Source of the DNA: a virus
Virus record (IMG/VR): IMGVR_UViG_3300030107_002093
Location: 1-64,000 of that record
Strand: one strand, 5' to 3'
Length of the DNA stretch: 64,000 nt
This document shows, piece after piece, positions 26,040-34,842 of the stretch; position 1 is the first letter of the stretch; every line of letters begins with the position of its first letter. The notes beneath the pieces were generated by a model that was not told where the DNA came from, searched no databases, and worked only from the letters and a program-made list of their open reading frames with translations. Both the position numbers and the translations under genes were made by a program.

Positions 26040-26749
26040 TGGGACTATTTGGAACAAGTAATTCAAATTTGATGAATACAATGCAAACTAATCAACAAGC
26101 ACAGTTCAAAACTATGAACAATTTGTTGACGCTTCAAGAGAACCACGTTGAGGATTTCTTCCAATATCACGGTGAGGCATTCCTAGCGGCATTGGCTCAA
26201 TTGATTGAGGATACCGTGGAGAAGGTTCTTGGGCAAATGCTACCACAATTGAAATTCCAAACAGACAGTTCTGGTGTCCTTAACATGCATTCTGATTCTA
26301 CAACTGCCTTTGGAAACATCACTGAGGCTAACATCAACTTAGACCTCCAAGCACTCCTTGCCTCGGCAATAAACTCAGAGGTAATAATGCAAAGGAGAAT
26401 GGCAAAGGCACAGTATCTAGAATCACAGGGATTCGCTATGCCAGCAGGGGAACAAATGCCAGCAAACAACATGGGAGGAATGGGACAGATGAATCCGGGT
26501 GGGATTGACCCATCACAGATACAAGGTGGCAACGCTTCTGTCCAAATGAACAATACCATGATGCAACAACAGATGGCGTTCAACAACCAATCTGGATATC
26601 CAGTCCCACCTGCTGGCTATGACAATATGAATAACCCATACTGGATTGACCCTAATACAGGGCAGATGTCCTATACACCACCTGCAAGTGGTCTTGGTCT
26701 TGCTAATGCCGTAAGTAAGGGCATTGCTTGGGCTAAGTGGCTTGCATAG
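26039..26749 (+). CDS. Q/N/M/G-rich low-complexity protein with C-terminal amphipathic helix
   Basis: MGGMGQMNPGG...MMQQQM, YPVPPAGY, ends GLGLANAVSKGIAWAKWLA. Confidence 0.75.
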   Translation: MGLFGTSNSNLMNTMQTNQQAQFKTMNNLLTLQENHVEDFFQYHGEAFLAALAQLIEDTVEKVLGQMLPQLKFQTDSSGVLNMHSDSTTAFGNITEANINLDLQALLASAINSEVIMQRRMAKAQYLESQGFAMPAGEQMPANNMGGMGQMNPGGIDPSQIQGGNASVQMNNTMMQQQMAFNNQSGYPVPPAGYDNMNNPYWIDPNTGQMSYTPPASGLGLANAVSKGIAWAKWLA

Positions 26750-26758
26750 GTGAAGTGA

Positions 26759-28708
26759 ATGGCGATATTTCTACCTAGAGAATACTCAGTCGATGATTAC
26801 GACTTTTCCTTAGAGGGAGATAGAAACGCCAATTTCCAAGAACTGATGGAGAACAAACTCTTTCGATGGATGTTAGCATATCCCTTCTCTTGGGTAGAAA
26901 GGACACATAAGGCGAAGGCAAGACACGCCTTGGAACTAATACAAGGTAGACTAGGAGACTTGTTGGATTTGACCCAACAGGAGTTCAATGAGGAATATGC
27001 AGAAACGGAGTATGAATTCGATGAAGCGGAGTTCAGAGAATACAAGAGAGCATTCTTTCAGACCATTGGTTCTACTACGATACCACAAGTAGTAGCGGCA
27101 TTGGAACAAGAGGACTTACTGTCTGCACAGGTGATTCCTAGAAACATCCTATCCAAGATGAAAGAGATGGACTTCACTATGAATGACTTGTTGGATACCA
27201 ACAAAACACAGAGAATGTTCGATGCTAAGACCACAGAACGGGGCTTCAAACCCGGTCTTCCTCATGGGGCTAGAGGAGAAGGAAGAAAGGAACCCTATGG
27301 CCCATTAACAGAAGGCGTAGACCCAGAGAAATCTGCTGGATTAATGGGAGCATTCCTAGAATCAAGACCAATACTATACGAGGAGATAAGAAGACATATC
27401 AAAGTCAAGGGACATCAAATTGATTTTGATACAGAGAAATACCTCTCTGAAATCTCTGAAGCAGAGGGCTTTGGCAAGTTGGATGATTCAGAGTTAGTGG
27501 TGGCTAGTCCGAGGAAATCCAGTGAGATAGAGAAGACCGTAGAGATATTCAGCATTAGCAATACAAATGATGGTAGATATCGCATTGAGGGATTCGACAA
27601 GACTAGAACGGTTGATGACATTGAGGAAGCATGGGACGTATATCGAAACGCAACTGACCTTGAGAAACTGGAAAAGCACATAGAGGATACCATTCTATCA
27701 CAGAAGAAATCCCCATTGTCAGATATCCTATATTCAGTCGTAGAACCGGAAGACAGAATGTTGGATGTTGGTAAGTTGGTAATACACGTTGACCAACTAT
27801 CACAGGGTGACAAGGGTAAGGCTGGCTTTGGTAAGACGGAACCAATTGGCAAGAAGAGTTGGATTAATTGGGTTAGAGCATTAGAGGGGAAGACTTCTGA
27901 AACGAATCCAAATGTAACGAAGATAGAGAACCTACTAATGCAAGCCTTCAATCTATTTGCAAGAGATGAACCATTCAGCAAACTTGACGGTTCTAAGCAA
28001 ATGCAAAAAGTTCAAGCAATGAAAGATGGGGTTCTTGATGATTTAACATCAGAAGACCTGTATGATATCTGGGAAGATAATGGTAAACCAACAGGTAATG
28101 ACCTAGACAAGGTTGATGATTTGGCTAATGCCATTTGGAGACATGCATTGGGTAAAGACATGGCTAGAGGGTTTGAAGGTGAAATGGGATATCATCGTGA
28201 GGGTCAATTTGCCTCTGGTGTCGAGAATGCCCTAGAAGCAATAAACGCAGACATAAAGAGGCGCAGAGCAAAACAAGACATCCAAGGAACCCCTACAGAC
28301 AAACCAAGAGCAGAGAAGCATAGAAAATTTACAGAAAGCGGTGAACCAGCAGTTACCGACAAACGAAGTAAGACAAAGACATCTGATAAGACAATTGACT
28401 CAGTAGGAGGTGGAGATACATTCCCCGTATTGGATGCTGGTAAAAAGAAGAAAGGCATGATTCGACTACGAGTGTCATTCACCCCAACCAAACTAGTCAG
28501 TGCTAGGAAATACGAGATATTCACCCCAAGCCAAGACTACGAAGGCAAGACAATAACAGGAAAGGACAAGCGTGGGCCTCTTGGTGGAAAGGGGCCAACA
28601 ACTGCTAGAGCCGTAGGTGGAGATGTTGCATCAGATAAGGAGAAGGATTTCAAAACCCTAATGGAGTTGAAGTTGGGATACAATAGATTGAAGGGGCTGG
28701 TGAACTAA
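26759..28708 (+). CDS. hypothetical 649-aa protein
   Basis: AGGTGA SD; no recognised motif. Confidence 0.75.
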   Translation: MAIFLPREYSVDDYDFSLEGDRNANFQELMENKLFRWMLAYPFSWVERTHKAKARHALELIQGRLGDLLDLTQQEFNEEYAETEYEFDEAEFREYKRAFFQTIGSTTIPQVVAALEQEDLLSAQVIPRNILSKMKEMDFTMNDLLDTNKTQRMFDAKTTERGFKPGLPHGARGEGRKEPYGPLTEGVDPEKSAGLMGAFLESRPILYEEIRRHIKVKGHQIDFDTEKYLSEISEAEGFGKLDDSELVVASPRKSSEIEKTVEIFSISNTNDGRYRIEGFDKTRTVDDIEEAWDVYRNATDLEKLEKHIEDTILSQKKSPLSDILYSVVEPEDRMLDVGKLVIHVDQLSQGDKGKAGFGKTEPIGKKSWINWVRALEGKTSETNPNVTKIENLLMQAFNLFARDEPFSKLDGSKQMQKVQAMKDGVLDDLTSEDLYDIWEDNGKPTGNDLDKVDDLANAIWRHALGKDMARGFEGEMGYHREGQFASGVENALEAINADIKRRRAKQDIQGTPTDKPRAEKHRKFTESGEPAVTDKRSKTKTSDKTIDSVGGGDTFPVLDAGKKKKGMIRLRVSFTPTKLVSARKYEIFTPSQDYEGKTITGKDKRGPLGGKGPTTARAVGGDVASDKEKDFKTLMELKLGYNRLKGLVN

Positions 28709-29805
28709 TGGGCAAGGTATCCTCACCTAGTGATTTCACAGCAATCAATCCTAACTACACTAATGGGACTGGGTATTACACCACGCATACTGATGTCTCC
28801 AATCTCCTTCAAATCAATTCGTTTACCAATTCGACTACTCCCACTATTGCAGAGGTAGGGAAGATAATCAAGAGAGTCGAGGAGAAGATAGATGACAAGA
28901 CGAAGACCTCTTATCGACCAACTATCTACAAAGACGAGTTCCATTCGTTTGAGGGCTTTCAACAAGGACAATACCCATTACGAACATACAAGGATTATGT
29001 AGGATTCGTTCAACTATCGTATCCTAAAGTGCAGAAAATAGTTAGGTTAGAGGTATGGCAAGGAATTGAATGGGTAGACTTGGCTTCTGCTACTGCTACT
29101 CTGAAGGTTCCGTCTACTGCAACTACAAACGACTGGACTATAGCCCTCACCGTTGGTTCTCCTACGACATACACGTTCAATATCAGGAACTTGGCTAACA
29201 ATTCTGTCAGGGATTTCTATGACAACTTCGGTGCTAAGACGACTGCTAGTCAGATTGTCGATGCAATCAACGAGGTATACCCAATGAAGACGGCTAAATT
29301 CACTGGTGAGACTGCCGCTAAATCGCTTCAGGATACTGGAAACTCAGTCAACATATCTGATTTCTTCTATGCCACCACTAACAGTGAGGATAGCACCACA
29401 GTTGTCATCTCATCCTTGCTAATGGGAGAGGATGGAACTAATTGCACAATCTCCTCGACATATGGGTCAGTCACTAACTTCACTGACAATCAAGACCAGC
29501 GTAGGATGGGTGACTATTGGACTATAGGAGATGAGGGTAAGATATTCTTCCATCAGAATTATCCATACTTGGAGAGACACTCAGTCAGAGTCACATATGT
29601 CGCAGGTGAAGGCAGGGTTCCCGCTACCATTCATGATGCCGCTACGAAACTAGTTGCCGCCGAAGTCATACGACATGATGACAACTCAATCCTAATCGCA
29701 GAAACGCAATCTAATATTGACTTGAAGACGAAGCACGATATCCTAGTGGAAGAGGCTAATGAGACTTTGAAGGGCAAGGCAAATATGGTTTACTTCATTT
29801 CGTGA
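28708..29805 (+). CDS. head-tail adaptor (SPP1 gp15/HK97 gp6-like) with inserted domain
   Basis: YTTHTDV N-terminal motif; VRVTYVAG...VPATIHDAATKLVA C-terminal motif. Confidence 0.75.
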   Translation: MGKVSSPSDFTAINPNYTNGTGYYTTHTDVSNLLQINSFTNSTTPTIAEVGKIIKRVEEKIDDKTKTSYRPTIYKDEFHSFEGFQQGQYPLRTYKDYVGFVQLSYPKVQKIVRLEVWQGIEWVDLASATATLKVPSTATTNDWTIALTVGSPTTYTFNIRNLANNSVRDFYDNFGAKTTASQIVDAINEVYPMKTAKFTGETAAKSLQDTGNSVNISDFFYATTNSEDSTTVVISSLLMGEDGTNCTISSTYGSVTNFTDNQDQRRMGDYWTIGDEGKIFFHQNYPYLERHSVRVTYVAGEGRVPATIHDAATKLVAAEVIRHDDNSILIAETQSNIDLKTKHDILVEEANETLKGKANMVYFIS

Positions 29806-29809
29806 TAAT

Positions 29810-30010
29810 ATGGAAAACATAAATGCAACTAAAATTCTTGAAGAGATATTAGAACGGGAGAAAGAAAGGAACGCGCTTCTCAAGGATAGTGCTTATGCAG
29901 AGTTCGCATTGTCTGATGAGAGTGTTGTAGAAGAGGCACAGAAGGCATACCACGCAAGAATGATGGATGAAATAAAGAAGGCTACTAAGGAAGTGTTGAA
30001 AGGTGGATGA
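29810..30010 (+). CDS. small helical neck-region protein
   Basis: 66-aa ORF between adaptor and tail-completion gene. Confidence 0.55.
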   Translation: MENINATKILEEILEREKERNALLKDSAYAEFALSDESVVEEAQKAYHARMMDEIKKATKEVLKGG

Positions 30011-30530
30011 GGTAACTTTCCTAATTAGACTCCTAAGTGATAATTGGGCATCAGCCGCTTCTGCTTTGGTTAGTAGCGGTGATATAACATCCAACCACAA
30101 TGAGACTCCTAATTTCATAGATGTCCGTTCAATTGCTCCTAATGAGGGGAGAAGAGTCGATATGGATTCAAAGTCAGTAGTTATCGTCTATGAGGACAGT
30201 GGCTCTACTGAGTATCCAACAATCGATTATGCAGTAAGAAACGAGACATTCGGTTTCACTGTTCACATTAGAACTATGCATAGGAGGGATTTCTCCGAAC
30301 TTACGTTCTCTAGGGATAGGCTTCAATCACTCTATAGGATAGCGAGATATATCCTTGAGAATAATAGTCTACAACCAAAGGTATATGTTGGCGGTAATAG
30401 TAGCAATAACGTAGAGGACAGTGCGCAACTAATCAAACTACAGAGTAGGAGTGAAGCCAACGATAGGAACAAAAGGTTATTGGGCTACAAGTTAACGGTT
30501 GAGATGAAGAGGATGGCTATCAGCGTCTAG
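30003..30530 (+). CDS. putative tail terminator/completion protein
   Basis: Size, alpha/beta pattern, directly upstream of tail tube. Confidence 0.55.
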   Translation: MDEVTFLIRLLSDNWASAASALVSSGDITSNHNETPNFIDVRSIAPNEGRRVDMDSKSVVIVYEDSGSTEYPTIDYAVRNETFGFTVHIRTMHRRDFSELTFSRDRLQSLYRIARYILENNSLQPKVYVGGNSSNNVEDSAQLIKLQSRSEANDRNKRLLGYKLTVEMKRMAISV

Positions 30531-30543
30531 GTGTGAGAAAAAA

Positions 30544-32238
30544 ATGGCAAATAGCAATTCACTAAATCAGCAGGTTTGGGTTGGTGCAGGGGCATCGGCT
30601 ACTATGATACCAGAGATGAATATTTACCTTGATGCATGTGACGGAGATGGTGCTAACCCCACAGGAGTGACTGTAGAAAATCTAGGCTCAGGAGCAAATG
30701 CTTTCCTATTAGTTCCTGACCTATATGTTGGATGTATGGCTAGGATAAGAAATAACGATGATACTTCTTTCAGTGGAATAGCAATGATTACCGCTAACAC
30801 TACTAACGCCATTACCTTTGATAGAACCATAGGTAGTAGTGCAGACAACAACGATATTGATGTTACCATACTTGCTTTTGGCGCACCGTCACCTGCTCCG
30901 GCTATCACAAAGAACAGTGCGGCTCGCCCTTCATTACTGGCAGACAATTGGTTAGGTCTTGTGAATACTGTTTCACCCCCATCCGTAGATGTAGAACTAG
31001 GGCAGATATCACTAGCACTTTCCGGTAGAGATTTTGGCTACCAATTCAAGAAAAATGAGACAATAAGTGGTGGTTCAATTGATATGTCCCTGAACAATGG
31101 TTCTTGGTTATACTATGCATTAGGGAAAATTGCTACAGTAACTCATACAAGCACATCTCAAGTTCTACAAGCATCTAGTGATGTGATGACTGGCCTCCAT
31201 GCTAATTCCAAGACTAAATTTATCAGAGCATTTAGTGGAATGACGTTTCCTCCATCAGAGGCAAGCACATTTCATATTGCAAACGGTAATGCAGGTGCAG
31301 ATGGCGCATTATCCGGAACTACGGAATTATATGAAGTAGGGGCAGGTGTCATAACATACGGATTCGGGACTTCAGATGGTGATGCTCTCCCATCATTTGC
31401 TCTAGAAATAACGATGGAAAAAGACGGGTTAACATCCGATGAGTATTATGTTGGTTCTGAAGGAAGTAGTGCTGAGGCATCTTCTGCTTATTCATCCAAT
31501 AGACCATTCAAGGATGTTTATTCAAGAATATTTACAGGATGTCAAGTAAATACTCTTACTCTTAATTTTGAAGAAGGACAAGAAGTGAAGACAAATCTAG
31601 AATTAGTAAGTAGAAGAGCATTTGACTCTCCACAAAACTACGTTCCAAAGAACGGAGTAACGACTCATACATCACTTTTCAATTACAACACTACTCAAAA
31701 CGATGATGCTGACCATAGAACTTCTAGAGATTCAGAACCATTCTTGTTCTCAGAAGGAGTGATTGAGGTATTCGGTCAAACTGTTGCTAGAGTTAAAAGT
31801 GGAAGTCTAACCATTAACAATAACATCACTCCTCAGAGATTCATCGGCACATATGACAGAGGGATAACCACTGCACATATCCCCGGTCAAAGAAACTATG
31901 AGGTTTCATTGACTCTATTAGTTACTGATACTGATATTTGGGATAATCTAAGAAGACAAGGAGAACATGACAGTTTGACTACTACTGACCCACATACTGG
32001 TAGTGCATCTACTGATGAAACTCTTACTCTTAAATTCCAGAAAAATGCAAATGACATTATTCAAATTCAGTTGGACAATTACATCATACAATCTATGGAT
32101 GTTCCCTTCCCTGAAGACAAGGGGCCAATAGAAATGGCAGTGACACTTTCTGCTAGAACTTTAGTTGAAGGAAACAGTGCTACTCCTACGGGAACATATT
32201 ACAAAGGTAAGTGGGTTATCCAAAATATAGATACTTAG
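30544..32238 (+). CDS. major tail tube protein with insertion domains
   Basis: LPSFALE, RIFTGCQVNTLTLN, SGSLTINNN, GQRNYEVSLT tube-like segments; upstream of chaperone and TMP. Confidence 0.8.
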   Translation: MANSNSLNQQVWVGAGASATMIPEMNIYLDACDGDGANPTGVTVENLGSGANAFLLVPDLYVGCMARIRNNDDTSFSGIAMITANTTNAITFDRTIGSSADNNDIDVTILAFGAPSPAPAITKNSAARPSLLADNWLGLVNTVSPPSVDVELGQISLALSGRDFGYQFKKNETISGGSIDMSLNNGSWLYYALGKIATVTHTSTSQVLQASSDVMTGLHANSKTKFIRAFSGMTFPPSEASTFHIANGNAGADGALSGTTELYEVGAGVITYGFGTSDGDALPSFALEITMEKDGLTSDEYYVGSEGSSAEASSAYSSNRPFKDVYSRIFTGCQVNTLTLNFEEGQEVKTNLELVSRRAFDSPQNYVPKNGVTTHTSLFNYNTTQNDDADHRTSRDSEPFLFSEGVIEVFGQTVARVKSGSLTINNNITPQRFIGTYDRGITTAHIPGQRNYEVSLTLLVTDTDIWDNLRRQGEHDSLTTTDPHTGSASTDETLTLKFQKNANDIIQIQLDNYIIQSMDVPFPEDKGPIEMAVTLSARTLVEGNSATPTGTYYKGKWVIQNIDT

Positions 32239-32267
32239 GAGGGATATCAAGAGTAACGATATCTCTC
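32239..32267 (+). terminator. 10-bp stem-loop directly after tail tube stop
   Basis: gagggatatc / aagagtaac / gatatctctc with one G-U pair. Confidence 0.55.
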
Positions 32268-32324
32268 AAAAACATTCCACCAACACTGTTTGTTTGTTGG
32301 TTAGAAAAAAAGGTGGAATAAGAA

Positions 32325-32684
32325 ATGACAAATGTAGTAAATGATAAGAGTATGCTGTTCGCAAGGACAGAAACAGAATGCCATGAGTTGAAGGTAAGTC
32401 CTGACTCAGATGAAATAATGAAAGTGTGGGTAAAGGAACCCACATGGTTGCAAGTGGAAAAGGCGACCTCACAGTTAATGGATATTAATGCTAGAACACA
32501 AGAAATGGAAATAAACATGAATAAACTATACAAATACCTAGTGACAGAATTCATTGAGAAGACAGAACCCCCATTAGAGCCATTAGATATCCTACGGTTG
32601 AGTCCATATATTGGTGCGCAATTAAAGGAAGTCCTACCAAACCCCTTCATGGAGATAGGGGATGATACGGGAAAAGCCGATTAA
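32325..32684 (+). CDS. tail assembly chaperone (lambda gpG-like)
   Basis: Between tube and TMP; ends at a slippery site. Confidence 0.75.
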   Translation: MTNVVNDKSMLFARTETECHELKVSPDSDEIMKVWVKEPTWLQVEKATSQLMDINARTQEMEINMNKLYKYLVTEFIEKTEPPLEPLDILRLSPYIGAQLKEVLPNPFMEIGDDTGKAD

Positions 32685-32884
32685 TTAGAAAAGCAATAAG
32701 TGGAGGAGAGGTAGAGCCGGAAATAGCATACAAGATATTGCTATATTCCTATTGTAAAGTTTTCAGCATAAATCCAATGGAGGCCAAACACACAACGATT
32801 TCGACAATGGTAGAAATGTTACTTATTCATGGGGAAGTAGAGAAATACAAATCAGAAGAAATACAGAAGCAGATAAAGAAGTGA
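32669..32884 (+). CDS. -1 frameshift extension of chaperone (gpGT-like)
   Basis: G GGA AAA heptamer at 32669-32675 in X XXY YYZ phase; -1 frame open to TGA 32882-32884 (GKSRLIRKA...FSINPMEA...QIKK). Confidence 0.8.
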   Translation, partial: GKSRLIRKAISGGEVEPEIAYKILLYSYCKVFSINPMEAKHTTISTMVEMLLIHGEVEKYKSEEIQKQIKK

Positions 32885-32888
32885 GTGA

Positions 32889-34145
32889 ATGGCAGATGAA
32901 ATTTATTCCATAGCCGCCGCTAACAAAGAACTCTCTGAAAGTTTCAGCCAACTTGGAGGAGGAATGGCGGAAGCCGCCAGTAAATCCAAGGCGTGGAACG
33001 TAGTTAGCAGAATGACTTCTGGTAGTGGGTTCTGGAAGGTGCAGAATAAATTTCGTGCAGTTGCCGATGCCGTTTCAGCATACAACGAGAACGTGAAGGA
33101 GTCCATAAAAGCCCAGAGTGAGATGGCTGACACTATGGCTAAACTGAAGAAAGCAAGAGACAACATGCCAGCCCCGATAGCAGACGCATATGGCGGTGTT
33201 GACTTCGATAAATCTGAGGTTATGCAGACGAAGGAGTATCAAGATGCCGAAGCAACATACAAGAAGGCGTTTGGTGAGGATGATTACCAAGATATACTTC
33301 TAGCAGACATCAAGGAACAACTATCAATAAACAATGAATTGGTTACGGAGTTAGAAAACAAAGCCATAGATGATTTGCGATATTCAAAACTAGGATGGAG
33401 ATTAGACAAGAAGGCATATTTCAAAGCGCAGAAGATGTGGAAGTTCACTAAGAACCTCTTCAAGATGGCAACTAGGTTCTTAGTTGGAGCCATGTTTGGA
33501 ATGTTACTCCTAATCCTGTTCTTGCCTCTAGCGATTAAATTCTTCAAGAACTTCAAGGGTATATTATCCGACATGGGTATGAGTCTAGGAATGGATGACA
33601 TAAAGAAAGCACTCACTTTTGTAAAGGACATACTAACTGCGGTATTTGATATATTCAAAGCGATATTCAAGGGAAACGTAGTTGAGGCGTTGAAGATATA
33701 CGTTGAACGGATTCTTATCCCAATAGGCAAGGTTATTTGGGGCGCGGCAAAGAAACTGCCTTATTTGATATTTGCAATTCTGAAAGCATTAGTGAAAACA
33801 ATTATTGACACCGTTAAGGGCATTATCGATTTCATTCAAGGCGGTGGGATAAAGAAGGCTGGTGGATGGCTAAAGAAGAAAATCACTGGAAGGGCAACGG
33901 GTGGAATAGTAAATGAGGATATAACCCTAGTTGGAGAAAACGGCCCAGAACTAGTCTCACTACCTAATGGGGCAAGGGTGCATACGAATAGTCAATCAAG
34001 GCGAATGGCTGGGAACACAATACACGTTCATGTTAATGGCAGGGTTGGTGCATCTGATGCTGAGATAAGGGACATTGCCCAGAAGGTCGCTAGGGAGATT
34101 GGATTGCAGATGAATAGAACGACAAGTGCGAGGTCTGGTTTCTAA
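32889..34145 (+). CDS. tape measure protein (short, 418 aa)
   Basis: Follows chaperone; TM segment, amphipathic repeats, C-terminal RATGGIV...LVGENGPELV motif. Confidence 0.8.
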   Translation: MADEIYSIAAANKELSESFSQLGGGMAEAASKSKAWNVVSRMTSGSGFWKVQNKFRAVADAVSAYNENVKESIKAQSEMADTMAKLKKARDNMPAPIADAYGGVDFDKSEVMQTKEYQDAEATYKKAFGEDDYQDILLADIKEQLSINNELVTELENKAIDDLRYSKLGWRLDKKAYFKAQKMWKFTKNLFKMATRFLVGAMFGMLLLILFLPLAIKFFKNFKGILSDMGMSLGMDDIKKALTFVKDILTAVFDIFKAIFKGNVVEALKIYVERILIPIGKVIWGAAKKLPYLIFAILKALVKTIIDTVKGIIDFIQGGGIKKAGGWLKKKITGRATGGIVNEDITLVGENGPELVSLPNGARVHTNSQSRRMAGNTIHVHVNGRVGASDAEIRDIAQKVAREIGLQMNRTTSARSGF

Positions 34146-34840
34146 TGGCTGGTGAGAACTTTGCAAATTTCAAGGTCTTCCTAGAACTACAAAGGAGGAA
34201 CGACTATGGTGGAGGAACCACAAATCGTATTCCCCTCTTTGCTGATAGCGTGACCATTAACACTTCCAAGACAGTAATGAACATGGGTGTGCCATTTTCA
34301 GGAGCAATCCAAGGGGAGTCACTTAGCCTAGCCTTCGATGTGGGCATGGCACAGAAGACTGTCAATATCAGTGGACAGTTGCTTGGTCAGAAAATAAAGA
34401 AACAGAGAGATGGTGAAGCCGCCAAGGAAGTCAACCTAACTTCATTTGAGATGGCTCAACTAATACACTCGTATGTGGATGCATCTACTTTTCAAGATGA
34501 CCAGAATTTCAACAAACTGATAGTGCTGGGGCCAAGTAGGGTTGACCACACTTTTGCCTATCATGGAGGAGACAACGCACTTGCCACAAAGGACGTATCA
34601 GAACTACAGACTATACCCTTCTCATGGAAGAACAGGGGATATGACAATCTGTTTGCAAGTGCTGGGTCTAACTCAGAGTATTTCACCCCATATACAGGAG
34701 CAGAAGACGTTACTGTGGGAATGACTGGGTTCATCCGCTCTTTCAACACTACGATAACTGGAGCAGAGTTTCCAGCAATAGGTTTCACATTGGACTTTGA
34801 AGAGGCATATGTCCTTGCGGAGAATTTCTTGGATGGGTGA
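34145..34840 (+). CDS. putative distal tail (Dit-like) protein
   Basis: Directly after TMP; C-terminal MTGFIRSFNTT...FTLDFEEA. Confidence 0.55.
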   Translation: MAGENFANFKVFLELQRRNDYGGGTTNRIPLFADSVTINTSKTVMNMGVPFSGAIQGESLSLAFDVGMAQKTVNISGQLLGQKIKKQRDGEAAKEVNLTSFEMAQLIHSYVDASTFQDDQNFNKLIVLGPSRVDHTFAYHGGDNALATKDVSELQTIPFSWKNRGYDNLFASAGSNSEYFTPYTGAEDVTVGMTGFIRSFNTTITGAEFPAIGFTLDFEEAYVLAENFLDG

Positions 34841-34842
34841 AT

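Noticed and set aside
30544-32238. Contractile tail sheath
   Set aside because: Motifs and context (directly before chaperone and TMP, no separate tube gene) fit a non-contractile tail tube with insertions
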